From a virus (taxonomy: Duplodnaviria; Caudoviricetes), in IMG/VR virus record IMGVR_UViG_3300025451_000018, positions 1 through 49,332 of that record: a stretch of DNA of 49,332 bases; one strand, 5' to 3'. The notes under the pieces were generated by a model that saw nothing but the letters and a program-made list of their open reading frames with translations, had not been told where the DNA came from and made no database searches. How positions within the stretch are numbered: position 1 is the stretch's first letter; every line of letters starts with the position of its first letter. Position numbers and translations under genes: made by a program. This document shows, one piece after another, positions 37,343-46,273 of this stretch.

Positions 37343-38110
37343 TTAGACCTCCCATGTTCTGCCGTCCACCGTGAACTTGCCACGGTGGATCGGAACGATT
37401 TCAGGCTTGACGTGCTGACCATCCACGGTCAGCAGGCCGAACCCCATCTGCCAGTTGCCGGTGCCGCCCTTGAGGTAGTGCGCCACCCGCTGATTCATCA
37501 GATGCCCCACCTCCATGCCGGTGACGATCTTCGAGATCCCACCGCCCACACCGAACGTGTGGGACAGGATTCCCTGTCGGTGCGTGTGCCCCATGATCAC
37601 CGACGTGAGGAACTTCTTGCCGGCGTTCAAGGCGGTAGCCCCCGCGATGCGGGACAGCGCGATCTGGCCTCGGTGACCGTGCGTGGTGATCCAGTCCGGT
37701 GCCACTTTGTAGAACTCGGGCAGCAACTGCACACCGAACCCGTTGAAATCCAGCAGCGTTTCGATGTTGAACGCGCCAGACTCGGCCAGGGCCGGGGCGT
37801 ACTTCGCGAGGTAGGTGCGAGGGCGCTCGTCGTGGTTGCCCTCGTGGACCCCGATCGGTCCGTCGTACACCTTCCGAAGCGGCTCCAGCAGACGCCGCTT
37901 CGCTTGCTCACAGTCCTCGAACACGCTGCCTTCGAACTCGCCGGCTGTGTCCTTGTTCCACCGTGACGGCTGCGGGAAATCCATCAGATCCCCGATGTGG
38001 ATCACTTGATCCGGCTGGTAGTCGCCGATGAACTTCACCAACGCCTTCAGCGCCTTCCGATCGTCGTACGGCATCTGCGTGTCTGGGATGATCACGATGC
38101 GTTTACTCAT
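37343..38110 (-). CDS. Metallophosphoesterase (Bxb1 gp47/RDF-like)
   Basis: DTQ, GDLMD, GNHD, HGH, GHTH calcineurin-like motifs. Confidence 0.88.
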   Translation of the reverse strand: MSKRIVIIPDTQMPYDDRKALKALVKFIGDYQPDQVIHIGDLMDFPQPSRWNKDTAGEFEGSVFEDCEQAKRRLLEPLRKVYDGPIGVHEGNHDERPRTYLAKYAPALAESGAFNIETLLDFNGFGVQLLPEFYKVAPDWITTHGHRGQIALSRIAGATALNAGKKFLTSVIMGHTHRQGILSHTFGVGGGISKIVTGMEVGHLMNQRVAHYLKGGTGNWQMGFGLLTVDGQHVKPEIVPIHRGKFTVDGRTWEV

Positions 38111-38595
38111 GTACTGACCTCCTTAAAGGGTCCGTAGTCGCGGGATTCCCGATACATGAGCGGCGGCATGTCCTGCCACTCGTAGTGCTGGCCGTGGGTG
38201 TCCTCGCGGTCGGCGAACTCGAACTTCGCGGTCCCGTTGATGCGGCGGTAGTAGTCGCCGTCCACGTCCTCGACAATCACCCCAGGCGGTACGTTGTCAA
38301 GGAGATCCCACAAGCGTGGGCCGGGGACGAACTCCCAGAACCTGGTCAACATCCCGTAGAGCGCGGAGAGTGTGTACTCGACTGCCCCTGCCGTAGCCAG
38401 CCGTTCGATCTCCCGGTTCAGGTAGAACTGCGCCTTCTTCAGATCCTCGGTGGGATCGTCGGTCTTCCGGCCGGCTCGTGCCACGTACTTCACCACGTTG
38501 CCCAGATTGAACGAGAGGTTCTCGGTGATGTCGATGACCTCGGCCCCGTTGCTGAACCCGACGTAGTGCGACGGGTGGTTGACGTTGTCGGTCAC
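38107..38595 (-). CDS. DUF3310-like protein
   Basis: DNVNHPSHY...GNVVKYVARAGRK..EDLKKAQFYLNREI. Confidence 0.8.
   Translation of the reverse strand: MTDNVNHPSHYVGFSNGAEVIDITENLSFNLGNVVKYVARAGRKTDDPTEDLKKAQFYLNREIERLATAGAVEYTLSALYGMLTRFWEFVPGPRLWDLLDNVPPGVIVEDVDGDYYRRINGTAKFEFADREDTHGQHYEWQDMPPLMYRESRDYGPFKEVST
38289..38301 (+). promoter_or_regulatory. Stoperator-like site (1 mismatch)
   Basis: GTACGTTGTCAAG. Confidence 0.6.
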
Positions 38596-38879
38596 TCGGA
38601 CTCCTCGTAGACGTAGTCGTGGATCTCCTCGTAGTGAGGCGTGTAGTGGTCGATGATCTCCCGGATCGCATCCGGCTTGAACCCGCGAACAACCGGGAAC
38701 CCCTCCGCTTCGATCACCGGGGTGGACTGGGCACCCAGGTGCTGAATCACGTAGTCCCGCATCAGCGAGTCCTTCGAGATGTCGATCACCCGGAAGTCGA
38801 GGCCGGCGTCCTCGAACTGCTTGATCGCCAGCTTGCACGGCTGGCAATCCGGTTGCGAATAGATGTAGATGTGCGTCAC
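38592..38879 (-). CDS. nrdH: NrdH-like glutaredoxin
   Basis: YSQPDCQPC...STPVI...GFKPD. Confidence 0.88.
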   Translation of the reverse strand: MTHIYIYSQPDCQPCKLAIKQFEDAGLDFRVIDISKDSLMRDYVIQHLGAQSTPVIEAEGFPVVRGFKPDAIREIIDHYTPHYEEIHDYVYEESE

Positions 38880-39535
38880 TTGATCCTCTCTAAGAGTGCG
38901 TTCTTCCCGTGTGCGATGACGAAGCTGTTCACGTCCTCGCCAGGAGGACAAGGCACAACCTTCGCGTTGGGCAGTTCCCTCGCCACGGTGCTGGCGAACT
39001 TGTGCCCCGGCTCATCCCCGTCCGCGAGGATGAGCACGTCCCGATACCCCAGGAACGGCTCCCGGAAGTACGGCTTCCAACTAGTGGCCCCCGGCACCCC
39101 TACGGTGGGGATGCCGCAGACCTGAGCGGTCATAGCGTCGATCTCGCCTTCGGTGATAGCGACGATCGGGCTCTGCCGAAGCAGGGCCAGCGTGTTGTAC
39201 AACCGTGGACGGTCGCCGGCTACGGTCATGTACTTGCCGTGCCCTTTGTGATCGTGGTCTTCGATGCAGCGATACCGGATGGACACCACAGCCCAACCGT
39301 GCTCGCGTGACCACCGAAGGTAGGGGATCGCCAACATCCCCTGGTACTGCTCATGTCCAGGGAGTGGCTCGGCCACGTACCCCAGCATGAACTTGTCCAT
39401 CTCCTCCTTGATCGACGGGAACCCCAGCCCCCTGCTCGCCAAATACTCTTCGGCTGGACTGCCGGGGAACGCCCGTTGATACGCCAACGTCGCATCCCGG
39501 AGCGATTTTTTCTGCGATTCGCTTAGCCTCTGCAT
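38876..39535 (-). CDS. DNA primase, TOPRIM part
   Basis: ITEGEIDA, LADGDEPG, DVN motifs. Confidence 0.9.
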   Translation of the reverse strand: MQRLSESQKKSLRDATLAYQRAFPGSPAEEYLASRGLGFPSIKEEMDKFMLGYVAEPLPGHEQYQGMLAIPYLRWSREHGWAVVSIRYRCIEDHDHKGHGKYMTVAGDRPRLYNTLALLRQSPIVAITEGEIDAMTAQVCGIPTVGVPGATSWKPYFREPFLGYRDVLILADGDEPGHKFASTVARELPNAKVVPCPPGEDVNSFVIAHGKNALLERIK

Positions 39536-39761
39536 AGCTCACCTCCTCTCTTAACTTGATGAGTCCTATTGCGCTGCCGCTGATCCCGCATGCGTGGCAC
39601 TTGAATGCGTTCAGTTCGAACGAGATCGACGCCGAAGCCCTCTCTTCGGCGTGGAACGGGCAGATCGTCTTGGCCCACGTATGTCGCGTCTGAAGCGGCG
39701 GCTTCCAGCCTGGGTAGTAGTGCTGGATCACCAAGACAACGAGCGGAACATCTCCCGCCAT
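39351..39761 (-). CDS. DNA primase, CHC2 zinc-binding part
   Basis: CPFH...FKCHAC. Confidence 0.85.
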   Translation of the reverse strand: MAGDVPLVVLVIQHYYPGWKPPLQTRHTWAKTICPFHAEERASASISFELNAFKCHACGISGSAIGLIKLREEVSYAEAKRIAEKIAPGCDVGVSTGVPRQSSRRVFGEQGAGVPVDQGGDGQVHAGVRGRATPWT

Positions 39762-39877
39762 TCTTCAATCTCCTCCGGTTCGATAAAGAAGTCGGCGTAC
39801 GGATGGGTTGGTGTCATGCACTCGTGGTGCCCTCCCATCCACCTAGGACGGACAGCACCGCACTCGTCGCACTTCAT
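39728..39877 (-). CDS. 49-aa hypothetical protein
   Basis: MKCDECGAVRPRW...; ATGA overlap with EndoVII. Confidence 0.45.
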   Translation of the reverse strand: MKCDECGAVRPRWMGGHHECMTPTHPYADFFIEPEEIEEWREMFRSLSW

Positions 39878-40341
39878 CTCATGTCCGGTGTGATCCGAAC
39901 ACCTATCGCCTGAACAGCCGGCGGGGTGCGGAGATAATCCGCTGCACGTTCCAGGGCTGCCGGGTCATCCCGGAGATGACCAAGCACGTTTCGATTGCAG
40001 CTTGTGCAAAGCAAGCCCCGAACAACCCCTGTTGCATGGCAGTGATCGACGCTAAGGCGTTTGCGTGCCCCGGTTGCTCGTCGGCAGATGTAGCAGACGG
40101 CTCCTTGGTGCTCATAGATTTCCCAGTACTCTCGCTCGGTGATGCCGTACGTCTCCCAGATCCGTTGGGACCACGTAACTTCGCTGCGCTGCCGGCGCTT
40201 CGCCCGGTGGTGTGTGGCACATCGTGGCCCCGGATGGGGGGCCTTCCGTTTGGTGGTGACTCCTTCGTCGGTGCAGTCGATGCACGGCTTGCGCCGCGCC
40301 TGGACGTTGTTAGGCGGGAACCTCTTGCGCCTAGCTGCCAC
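39874..40341 (-). CDS. Endonuclease VII (Holliday junction resolvase family)
   Basis: YGIT...CYIC...LSVDHCHATGVVRGLLCTSCN. Confidence 0.92.
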   Translation of the reverse strand: MAARRKRFPPNNVQARRKPCIDCTDEGVTTKRKAPHPGPRCATHHRAKRRQRSEVTWSQRIWETYGITEREYWEIYEHQGAVCYICRRATGARKRLSVDHCHATGVVRGLLCTSCNRNVLGHLRDDPAALERAADYLRTPPAVQAIGVRITPDMR

Positions 40342-40516
40342 CGAACAACCGCCAGGGCAACGTCACCAATTTCTCGACGGCGTTGATGACTTGGAAGACG
40401 TGGTCGGTGACCACCAGGCCCACACCGAAAACGAGTCCAGAAACGGACTCGTCATCTATGTAGCCGGTGATGTTGTACAGCGCGTCCCGGACCAGCTCCT
40501 CGGGAGTCACAGCCAC
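40331..40516 (-). CDS. Hypothetical protein
   Basis: Fills the gap with overlaps. Confidence 0.55.
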   Translation of the reverse strand: MAVTPEELVRDALYNITGYIDDESVSGLVFGVGLVVTDHVFQVINAVEKLVTLPWRLFGGS

Positions 40517-40728
40517 CGCCGTGCCGCTCGCTCGACGTTCTCCTCGGAGACGTTCTGCGCCAACGGGAACCGGAGGGCGTCGTGTGCCACCTTGACGGTG
40601 TTGACGATCGCTTTACCCTCTTCGTCTTTCGACAGGGTCTTGCGCTCCCACGAGGTGGGCTTCGTTTCGATCAGCCCCGCCAGGAGCTGTTGGTGCGTGC
40701 GGTTGGCTTTCTTGATGGGCTTTGCCAT
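40507..40728 (-). CDS. Conserved hypothetical protein
   Basis: HQQLLAGLI...LRFPLAQNVSEENVERAARRW; GAGGT RBS. Confidence 0.7.
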   Translation of the reverse strand: MAKPIKKANRTHQQLLAGLIETKPTSWERKTLSKDEEGKAIVNTVKVAHDALRFPLAQNVSEENVERAARRWL

Positions 40729-40740
40729 TACTACCTCTCT

Positions 40741-40753
40741 GTTCGTTGTCAAG
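40741..40753 (+). promoter_or_regulatory. Stoperator
   Basis: GTTCGTTGTCAAG, intergenic. Confidence 0.85.
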
Positions 40754-40756
40754 GCG

Positions 40757-41554
40757 TCAAGCGAAGTCGCGGATCTGCATAGAGTCCCCAAGGAACTCAA
40801 GCTCCCCGTACGTCAGACCTGACGGGTCTGCTCGGCCGGCTCGGTTCTTCACCGTGGACACCCGCAGGGAGTCCCCGCCGAACTCCTGAGTCACCCGGTG
40901 CAGGGTCAGGATCAACTCGGGGATGCGGGAGATCTGGCCCTTCACACCCGAGAGTGGGATCGGCTTATCGGCATCGTTGTACGCGCCTGTGACGTGGTGG
41001 AGTCCGATGACGCACGCCCCGGTACGGCGTGCCATATCGTGCAGATACTCCATCAGCGACTCCAACCCGCTGAACGGGTCTTCATCGTTGATCCCGCCGG
41101 CTCGCACGTTGGTGATGTTGTCGATCACCACCAGCGCCGGGTAGTCCTCGTACAGTTCCGCGTACGCCTCCATCGACATCTCAATCTGATCCAACGTCGG
41201 GGATGCGTTGTAGTTGAACCGGATCGGCAGATCCAACTCACTACCAACCTCGCCAAGCTCGGACGCCCGAACCAGCCGTGAGGCTTTCTCCATCGACCAC
41301 CCGGTCTGGATCGCCACCATGCGCGATAGCTGGGTGAATGCGTCGGAGTCAGCGGAGAAGTACAGCGTCGGGACCGCCGCCTTCAAGGCGTAGGTCAGGA
41401 CGAACGCAGACTTCCCTGTCCCTGGCCCAGCGCAGACCAGCGCAAGCTGGCCCCGTAGGAACCTCGTGCCTTTAGCTGCGAGTGTGTCGAACACCGTAGG
41501 GAGCGGATCTCCAGCGGAGCCTTTGATGTACAGCGACTGCATAGGTGTGTACAA
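40757..41554 (-). CDS. DnaB-like helicase / RecA-fold ATPase
   Basis: AGPGTGKS Walker A, VVIDN Walker B, VKNRAG. Confidence 0.88.
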   Translation of the reverse strand: MYTPMQSLYIKGSAGDPLPTVFDTLAAKGTRFLRGQLALVCAGPGTGKSAFVLTYALKAAVPTLYFSADSDAFTQLSRMVAIQTGWSMEKASRLVRASELGEVGSELDLPIRFNYNASPTLDQIEMSMEAYAELYEDYPALVVIDNITNVRAGGINDEDPFSGLESLMEYLHDMARRTGACVIGLHHVTGAYNDADKPIPLSGVKGQISRIPELILTLHRVTQEFGGDSLRVSTVKNRAGRADPSGLTYGELEFLGDSMQIRDFA

Positions 41555-41887
41555 CTAACCTCCTGGGATGTGTGGCGGCTCGTCGGGCAGCACGGTGTCA
41601 GGTGTGACCCGGTAGTGGTCGATCACCTTCAACTCGGGGACAACCCGGCCTTCGCACCAGTACGTGTAACAGACCGACTTGTAGTACGGGTCCGCAAAGA
41701 ACCCTCGGTGACGCAGCCACGAGCCGTCCGGTTGGACCGGCTCATCACAGATCAGCCGGGTGGACATGCGGAGCCCGTACAGGAACGGGCCTGACTGACA
41801 GCCCGGTTCGTCGGCGTTCGATGCGGGTGCGGCCACAAGGCCGGCTACCGCAGCCGTCGCTAAAGCGACAGCTATCTTCCCTCTCAT
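41555..41887 (-). CDS. Secreted Cys-containing protein (CDGP-like)
   Basis: Signal peptide, ICDEPVQPDGSWLR...YRVTPDTVLPDEPPHI. Confidence 0.7.
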   Translation of the reverse strand: MRGKIAVALATAAVAGLVAAPASNADEPGCQSGPFLYGLRMSTRLICDEPVQPDGSWLRHRGFFADPYYKSVCYTYWCEGRVVPELKVIDHYRVTPDTVLPDEPPHIPGG

Positions 41888-42138
41888 TCGGTTCCTTCCT
41901 TGACTAGCGCGTCGTGGATCGGGCGATTGGCTTGAGCCGCCCGTTTCTCTTCGTTGGTGGCCTCGGCCAGGCTGGCGACGAGCTTGGAAGCTCGGACATC
42001 CAGGGCTTGCATGATCTCCCCACCAGGCCAGCCGGCCTTGTGTAGCCGTAGCACCGCTGGCACCTCGTGGGGGGCGTGTGGTGACTTCAGGATCGGATCG
42101 TCAGCCGTCCAGTCCTTCTTCTCCCTCGGCACTCCCAT
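41884..42138 (-). CDS. Hypothetical protein
   Basis: SPHAPHEVPAVLRLHKAG; GAGGG RBS. Confidence 0.7.
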   Translation of the reverse strand: MGVPREKKDWTADDPILKSPHAPHEVPAVLRLHKAGWPGGEIMQALDVRASKLVASLAEATNEEKRAAQANRPIHDALVKEGTE

Positions 42139-42145
42139 CCCTCTC

Positions 42146-42158
42146 GTTCGGTGTCAAA
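42146..42158 (+). promoter_or_regulatory. Stoperator-like site (2 mismatches)
   Basis: GTTCGGTGTCAAA, intergenic. Confidence 0.6.
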
Positions 42159-42188
42159 GGCCCTGCACTCTGTAGTAGGTGACTCTTT

Positions 42189-42407
42189 TCAAACCACCGG
42201 CCAAGGCTCTACCGTCCCATCCGGGTGACTGATGGAGATATCCCGCGTCCAGTCACGCTCACGGGCACCGAACGCAAACCGTCGAGCGGCCTCGTAGTTC
42301 GGGAACGGATATGCCTGGTAGTTGTACAGCTTCTGATGCCAGTCGGGCTTGTCGGGGATCGGCCCCATACGGACGAACCAGTACTGGCTGTCGGGTGAGT
42401 GCTTCAT
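42189..42407 (-). CDS. Hypothetical protein
   Basis: YPFPNYEAARRFA; GGAG RBS next to a stoperator. Confidence 0.65.
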   Translation of the reverse strand: MKHSPDSQYWFVRMGPIPDKPDWHQKLYNYQAYPFPNYEAARRFAFGARERDWTRDISISHPDGTVEPWPVV

Positions 42408-42416
42408 GTGAACTCC

Positions 42417-42429
42417 GTTCGTTGTCAAG
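42417..42429 (+). promoter_or_regulatory. Stoperator
   Basis: GTTCGTTGTCAAG, intergenic. Confidence 0.85.
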
Positions 42430-42431
42430 TT

Positions 42432-43223
42432 TTACCCCGCTGCGAACTCGCAGGAGGATGCCACGTCGCAGAAGGCGCACTTCTTCGCCTCGGGCTTCGG
42501 CTCGAACCTCTCGGCTCGGATGTTCTCGTCCAGCACCTGGAACTTCTCGCTGACCGCCTCGCGGGTCCAGTCCGTCAGGTCGTACGGGTAGGTGGGCTTA
42601 CCCGTCCTGCCCATCCAGTACTCGCCGATGGCCGGCTGTTCGATGCCGTGGTCCTCTGCGAGGGCCAAGGCGTACACCCCAAGCTGGAAGTCATCCCCCG
42701 GCGTGTTACCGGTCTTGTAATCCCTTACGACGATTCCGTCACTGTGACGAATCACAGCGTCGATAAAGCCTCGGACCTTGACCCCGTCCAGGTCGATGTC
42801 GAACCCGATCTCCACACCCGGCGTGCCGTCAGGCGCGATCCAGACAACCTCCTCGGGGTGGCTCTCCTGCCACGCCGCGAAGCGATCCAACTGATCCAGC
42901 CCAAGCTGATACCGGCGCACGATATCGACCTCGCCGGCGTACGGACCCGAACGGAACCAGTACTGCATGTTCGGGGTGTCTTCCAACTGCCGGTTGATCG
43001 TCTCCTGGTAGGCCGACGTGTAAACCAGCTTCGTCTGTTTCAGTGTCAAGGGCTCACCAGCGACTTGGGACTTGACCAAGACCTCGGCAGCCTCGTGGAA
43101 CGCGGTGCCTTGGGCCAACCAGGCAGCCGGCCGCTGCCACACCTTCTTGATACGAGCGAGGTAGTACGAGTACGGGCACCGCTCGTAGCTGTTGAGCTGT
43201 GACACGCTCCTGTGTTCACTCAT
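42432..43223 (-). CDS. Cas4/RecB-like PD-(D/E)xK exonuclease
   Basis: SVSQLNSYERCP...RGFID...DYKTG...QLGVY...CAFCDVASSC. Confidence 0.9.
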   Translation of the reverse strand: MSEHRSVSQLNSYERCPYSYYLARIKKVWQRPAAWLAQGTAFHEAAEVLVKSQVAGEPLTLKQTKLVYTSAYQETINRQLEDTPNMQYWFRSGPYAGEVDIVRRYQLGLDQLDRFAAWQESHPEEVVWIAPDGTPGVEIGFDIDLDGVKVRGFIDAVIRHSDGIVVRDYKTGNTPGDDFQLGVYALALAEDHGIEQPAIGEYWMGRTGKPTYPYDLTDWTREAVSEKFQVLDENIRAERFEPKPEAKKCAFCDVASSCEFAAG

Positions 43224-43342
43224 CTGGAAACCCCTTTCAGCAGGTCTAGATCTAGATCCCGGAGACGCCGGCAGAAGTGCCGACGCTCCCATTCGATGGC
43301 GTCTTCCAACTCATACGGGTCCAACGGAATCTCGTAGTCCAT
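43220..43342 (-). CDS. 40-aa hypothetical protein
   Basis: [40 protein letters not shown]; coupled on both sides. Confidence 0.55.
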   Translation of the reverse strand: MDYEIPLDPYELEDAIEWERRHFCRRLRDLDLDLLKGVSR

Positions 43343-44085
43343 TAGGCAAGCGCCCGATTGAACGTGGCGTTACGACCGTCACGCTGACCGTGCGCGTACC
43401 CGTTCGCGTTCACCCGCGCACCACGGCTGTTCCGCAGTCGCGGATGCTCTTTACGGACGGCCAGGGCAGCACGCTCGGTGTCACCCCGGAACAGCACCAG
43501 CGCACCGCTGGAACCTTCGAGCGCCTTGTTCTCCTGCTCCCGCAGGCGCTCACCGACAGCCGAACCGAACCCGGCGATCCACGAGCGGCGGTAGCTCTTG
43601 AGGTGGCCGGCTCCCGAAGTCTTGACGTACTGCCGGGTGGCGTAGTCGTACTTGTGACCGGAGTAGTCGTAGTCGGGCCGAACCTTCTCAACCAGACGCA
43701 TCATCTGCGGCTGGAGGATCGCCCACAACGCCTGGATGCGTTCGATGTGCGTCGGCACACCGTAGACGAACATCCGAAGCTCACCGTACGCGGTCTTGGC
43801 GTAGACGGTCTTGGAGTGCAAGGCCAGAGCGAGGTTGTGCAGCAGCAGCATCTGAGCCTGCGCGTACTTGCCTTCGATGGTGACCGTCCACTTGATCGCC
43901 TCGCGGAGATCCGACACGTCCAAGCCTTGCTTAGCCGCATCGACCTCGGCCTGTTCGATGCCGTACTTCGCCATCAGTTCGAAGGCTTTCGCCTGGAACA
44001 CCGCCTCTTCAGGCGTGCCGGCTACGTCCTCGGCCTGGCGCAGCAGCTTGGCTACCTTGTCCTTCATCTTGTCGAAATTGCTCAT
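43342..44085 (-). CDS. DUF2786-like protein (L5 gp70-like)
   Basis: [27 protein letters not shown]...YRRSWIAGF. Confidence 0.8.
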   Translation of the reverse strand: MSNFDKMKDKVAKLLRQAEDVAGTPEEAVFQAKAFELMAKYGIEQAEVDAAKQGLDVSDLREAIKWTVTIEGKYAQAQMLLLHNLALALHSKTVYAKTAYGELRMFVYGVPTHIERIQALWAILQPQMMRLVEKVRPDYDYSGHKYDYATRQYVKTSGAGHLKSYRRSWIAGFGSAVGERLREQENKALEGSSGALVLFRGDTERAALAVRKEHPRLRNSRGARVNANGYAHGQRDGRNATFNRALA

Positions 44086-44088
44086 GGG

Positions 44089-44304
44089 TTAAACCTCTTC
44101 CTTGTCGATGGGCAGAATTGTGTTGATGGCGTTCAGCAGGCCGGCAGGGCCGGCTTCCTCTTCCTCGGGGTCGAACGTGACGTGGTTGATGACCTCGGCA
44201 ATGCAGTTGATGCAAAGCTCAGTCCCGGTCCACGAGTCGGTGAAGATGCGCGTCTCCACGCCTCCGCAGTGGTTGCACTCTCTAAGCAACAGCAGTCCGT
44301 ACAT
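44089..44304 (-). CDS. Small CxxC-CxxC protein
   Basis: CNHC...CINC. Confidence 0.6.
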   Translation of the reverse strand: MYGLLLLRECNHCGGVETRIFTDSWTGTELCINCIAEVINHVTFDPEEEEAGPAGLLNAINTILPIDKEEV

Positions 44305-44489
44305 CAGTTGGGTTCCTCTCCAAAGATCTCTCGGTAGCACTCACCACAGAAGGCGTCGCAGTCATCGACGCCGCCTTCCTCGAACAGGTCGAAATCTTCA
44401 TGGCAGCAATCGCATTCGGTGATGCCGGCTTCGTCATCATCGACGGACACGACATCGTTCGCGGCCTCGCTCCAAACCTCCCAAGCCAT
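44304..44489 (-). CDS. Small acidic Cys-rich protein
   Basis: CDCC...CGEC; GAGGT RBS. Confidence 0.6.
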   Translation of the reverse strand: MAWEVWSEAANDVVSVDDDEAGITECDCCHEDFDLFEEGGVDDCDAFCGECYREIFGEEPN

Positions 44490-44692
44490 TACCTGACCTC
44501 CCCGACGTAGTCGATATCCCAGTTGGCAACCTCTTCGTCAACCAACTCCCAGTCCATGCCGCCGCCGTCGAACCACAGGCTCTCCAAGGCTCGGTATGCG
44601 CCATCTGCGTTCGCGTCGAAGTCATCTGCAACCTCGACTTCGTAGGTTGTGTAGGTGCGACGGACGATGGTCACCTCGATCTTCTTGCTCAC
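44489..44692 (-). CDS. Small acidic hypothetical protein
   Basis: Coupled overlaps. Confidence 0.6.
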   Translation of the reverse strand: MSKKIEVTIVRRTYTTYEVEVADDFDANADGAYRALESLWFDGGGMDWELVDEEVANWDIDYVGEVR

Positions 44693-44817
44693 TTGGCGAA
44701 CCCTTTCTGTCGGAGTTGATCGGCCAGGGCCGTGTTGCGGATCGGGCGCGGGGTTCGCGCCTTACGAGGAGCCGGCGGGGTGGCCGGCTTACGGATGGGC
44801 ATTGCGTTCGGGGTCAT
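44689..44817 (-). CDS. 42-aa Pro/Arg-rich protein
   Basis: MTPNAMPIRKPATPPAPRKARTPRPIRNTALADQLRQKGFAK; GAGAGG RBS fused to a stoperator. Confidence 0.55.
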   Translation of the reverse strand: MTPNAMPIRKPATPPAPRKARTPRPIRNTALADQLRQKGFAK

Positions 44818-45497
44818 GCTGATACCTCTCGTTCGTTGTCAAGTGAATCCTTCAAGAGACGCAGAGCAGCAGCAGCCTGCTGCGGGACCACGCCGTTACC
44901 CACCATCTTCAGCGCAGCGGAGCGCGAGACGGTGCCTTCCACCTTGCGGCGAGGCTCGGGGTTGATCAGATCGGTGACCCAACCCTCGGGCCAGCCCATC
45001 ATCCACTCGGCGAAGCGAGCCGACAGGCGCGGCTCACCTTTGGTATTCGGCTCCGTAGGGTGCGGAGCCTCGCGGGTGATCGACTCCCAGCGGTCGATGG
45101 CCGGCTGGTACTTACCCCAGTCCAAGCCTCGGTTGATGACCCTGCACACCGTGGTGACCAGATCATCACCACCGGAGCCGGGGCGCGTGGCTCGGGCGTA
45201 GTCGGGGCCGGCTACCGCCGACTTAGCCTCGGGCGTGGGCAGTAGAGCTACCGCACCGGGGAGGTCCAAACCTCCGTCACGGCAAGGGTTGTGGCCCTTC
45301 CAGTCACGAGCCTGCGGGGTGGGCAAGAATGAAGACTCGCTCACGCTTGTGCGGGGCTCCGACAGATCCAGCGGCGAGAGTGAGCCACCGTGCGTCGTAC
45401 CCGATGTCGGCCAGGTGGCCGATGACGGCTCCCCCTGCGCGGAGTACCACGTTTGAGTCGAGCTGTCCCAAGTCTGAGGAGCGGGTTGCTTTGGCAC
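44814..45497 (-). CDS. C5 cytosine DNA methyltransferase, C-terminal subunit (TRD, motifs IX-X)
   Basis: LPTP repeats, RLSARFAEWMMGWPEGW (IX), LKMVGNGVVP (X). Confidence 0.85.
   Translation of the reverse strand: MPKQPAPQTWDSSTQTWYSAQGEPSSATWPTSGTTHGGSLSPLDLSEPRTSVSESSFLPTPQARDWKGHNPCRDGGLDLPGAVALLPTPEAKSAVAGPDYARATRPGSGGDDLVTTVCRVINRGLDWGKYQPAIDRWESITREAPHPTEPNTKGEPRLSARFAEWMMGWPEGWVTDLINPEPRRKVEGTVSRSAALKMVGNGVVPQQAAAALRLLKDSLDNEREVSA
44831..44843 (+). promoter_or_regulatory. Stoperator
   Basis: GTTCGTTGTCAAG. Confidence 0.85.
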
Positions 45498-45855
45498 TGA
45501 GAAGACCCCTTACGTTTTCGATGACCACGTACTGCGGTCGCAGCACGTCGATAGCTTCAGCGAAGTAGCTCCAGAGGCCACTGCGCGTTCCGTCAGCGAT
45601 ACCTGCCTTACGGCCGGCTGCACTCACATCCTGACAAGGGAAACCACCTGCGAGAATGTCAACCGGCGGAACCTCGTTCCAATCGACGGTGGTCACGTCT
45701 CGGTAATTCGGCACGCCGAACCTCTTAGCCAGCACCGTGCTGGCGTTGGGATCGAACTCGACTTGCCAGATCGTTTCGGCGTCGAAGACTTCCTCGACAG
45801 CGAGATCCAACCCTCCGACGCCAGAGAACAGAGATCCGATTCGTAGCTTGCTCAT
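45304..45855 (-). CDS. C5 cytosine DNA methyltransferase, N-terminal subunit (motifs I-VIII)
   Basis: SLFSGVGG (I), GGFPCQDVS (IV), IENVRGL (VI), PHKRERVF (VIII). Confidence 0.92.
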   Translation of the reverse strand: MSKLRIGSLFSGVGGLDLAVEEVFDAETIWQVEFDPNASTVLAKRFGVPNYRDVTTVDWNEVPPVDILAGGFPCQDVSAAGRKAGIADGTRSGLWSYFAEAIDVLRPQYVVIENVRGLLSAKATRSSDLGQLDSNVVLRAGGAVIGHLADIGYDARWLTLAAGSVGAPHKRERVFILAHPAGS

Positions 45856-45867
45856 GTGGTACCTCTC

Positions 45868-45880
45868 GTTCGTTGTCAAG
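45868..45880 (+). promoter_or_regulatory. Stoperator
   Basis: GTTCGTTGTCAAG. Confidence 0.85.
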
Positions 45881-46271
45881 CTGTCTGCGCGAACACGCGC
45901 CGGTCATTGCCCAGGAACACGCGCCGCGAACCCTCGAAGGGTTCCGTCGTGTCCATCGTGTAGACGAACCTGTCGTACTTACGCGGGTTGTAGGTGATCC
46001 CGTCGAAGGTCGCACGCTGACGATGACCCACCTCGTTCAGCTCACGCACAGCGGCAGCGCCTGACGCTGCCAACTCTCCGACGATGCCGGCGTGTACGTT
46101 GTTCCGGTTCTCGCGGAGAACACGCTCACGGCCAGCCTGCGAAACCTTGCCCTTAGCGTCGGCCAGGAGAACGTACTTCCCGTAAGCGATCACGCGGCCC
46201 TTGCACGGACCCTCAAGGGCCCTGACCGACCACAGCTTCTTGTGCAGGTTGAAGTAGACGAACACTCGCAT
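45876..46271 (-). CDS. Conserved phage hypothetical protein
   Basis: VFVYFNLHKKLWSV...VSQAGRERVLRE..NVHAGIVG...ITYNPRKY. Confidence 0.8.
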   Translation of the reverse strand: MRVFVYFNLHKKLWSVRALEGPCKGRVIAYGKYVLLADAKGKVSQAGRERVLRENRNNVHAGIVGELAASGAAAVRELNEVGHRQRATFDGITYNPRKYDRFVYTMDTTEPFEGSRRVFLGNDRRVFAQTA

Positions 46272-46273
46272 GG

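Larger units (their letters stand above)
44823..45880. repeat. 21-bp direct repeats flanking the methyltransferase pair
   Basis: TACCTCTCGTTCGTTGTCAAG at 44823-44843 and 45860-45880. Confidence 0.9.

Noticed and set aside
42432-43223. Cas4-like gene as evidence of a CRISPR system
   Set aside because: No array or other cas genes. The 13-bp repeats are dispersed and irregularly spaced, and solo Cas4/RecB-like nucleases are standard in Cluster A.
43245-43256. Palindrome TCTAGATCTAGA
   Set aside because: Lies within a small ORF encoding LDLDL; single occurrence; explained by the dipeptide repeat.
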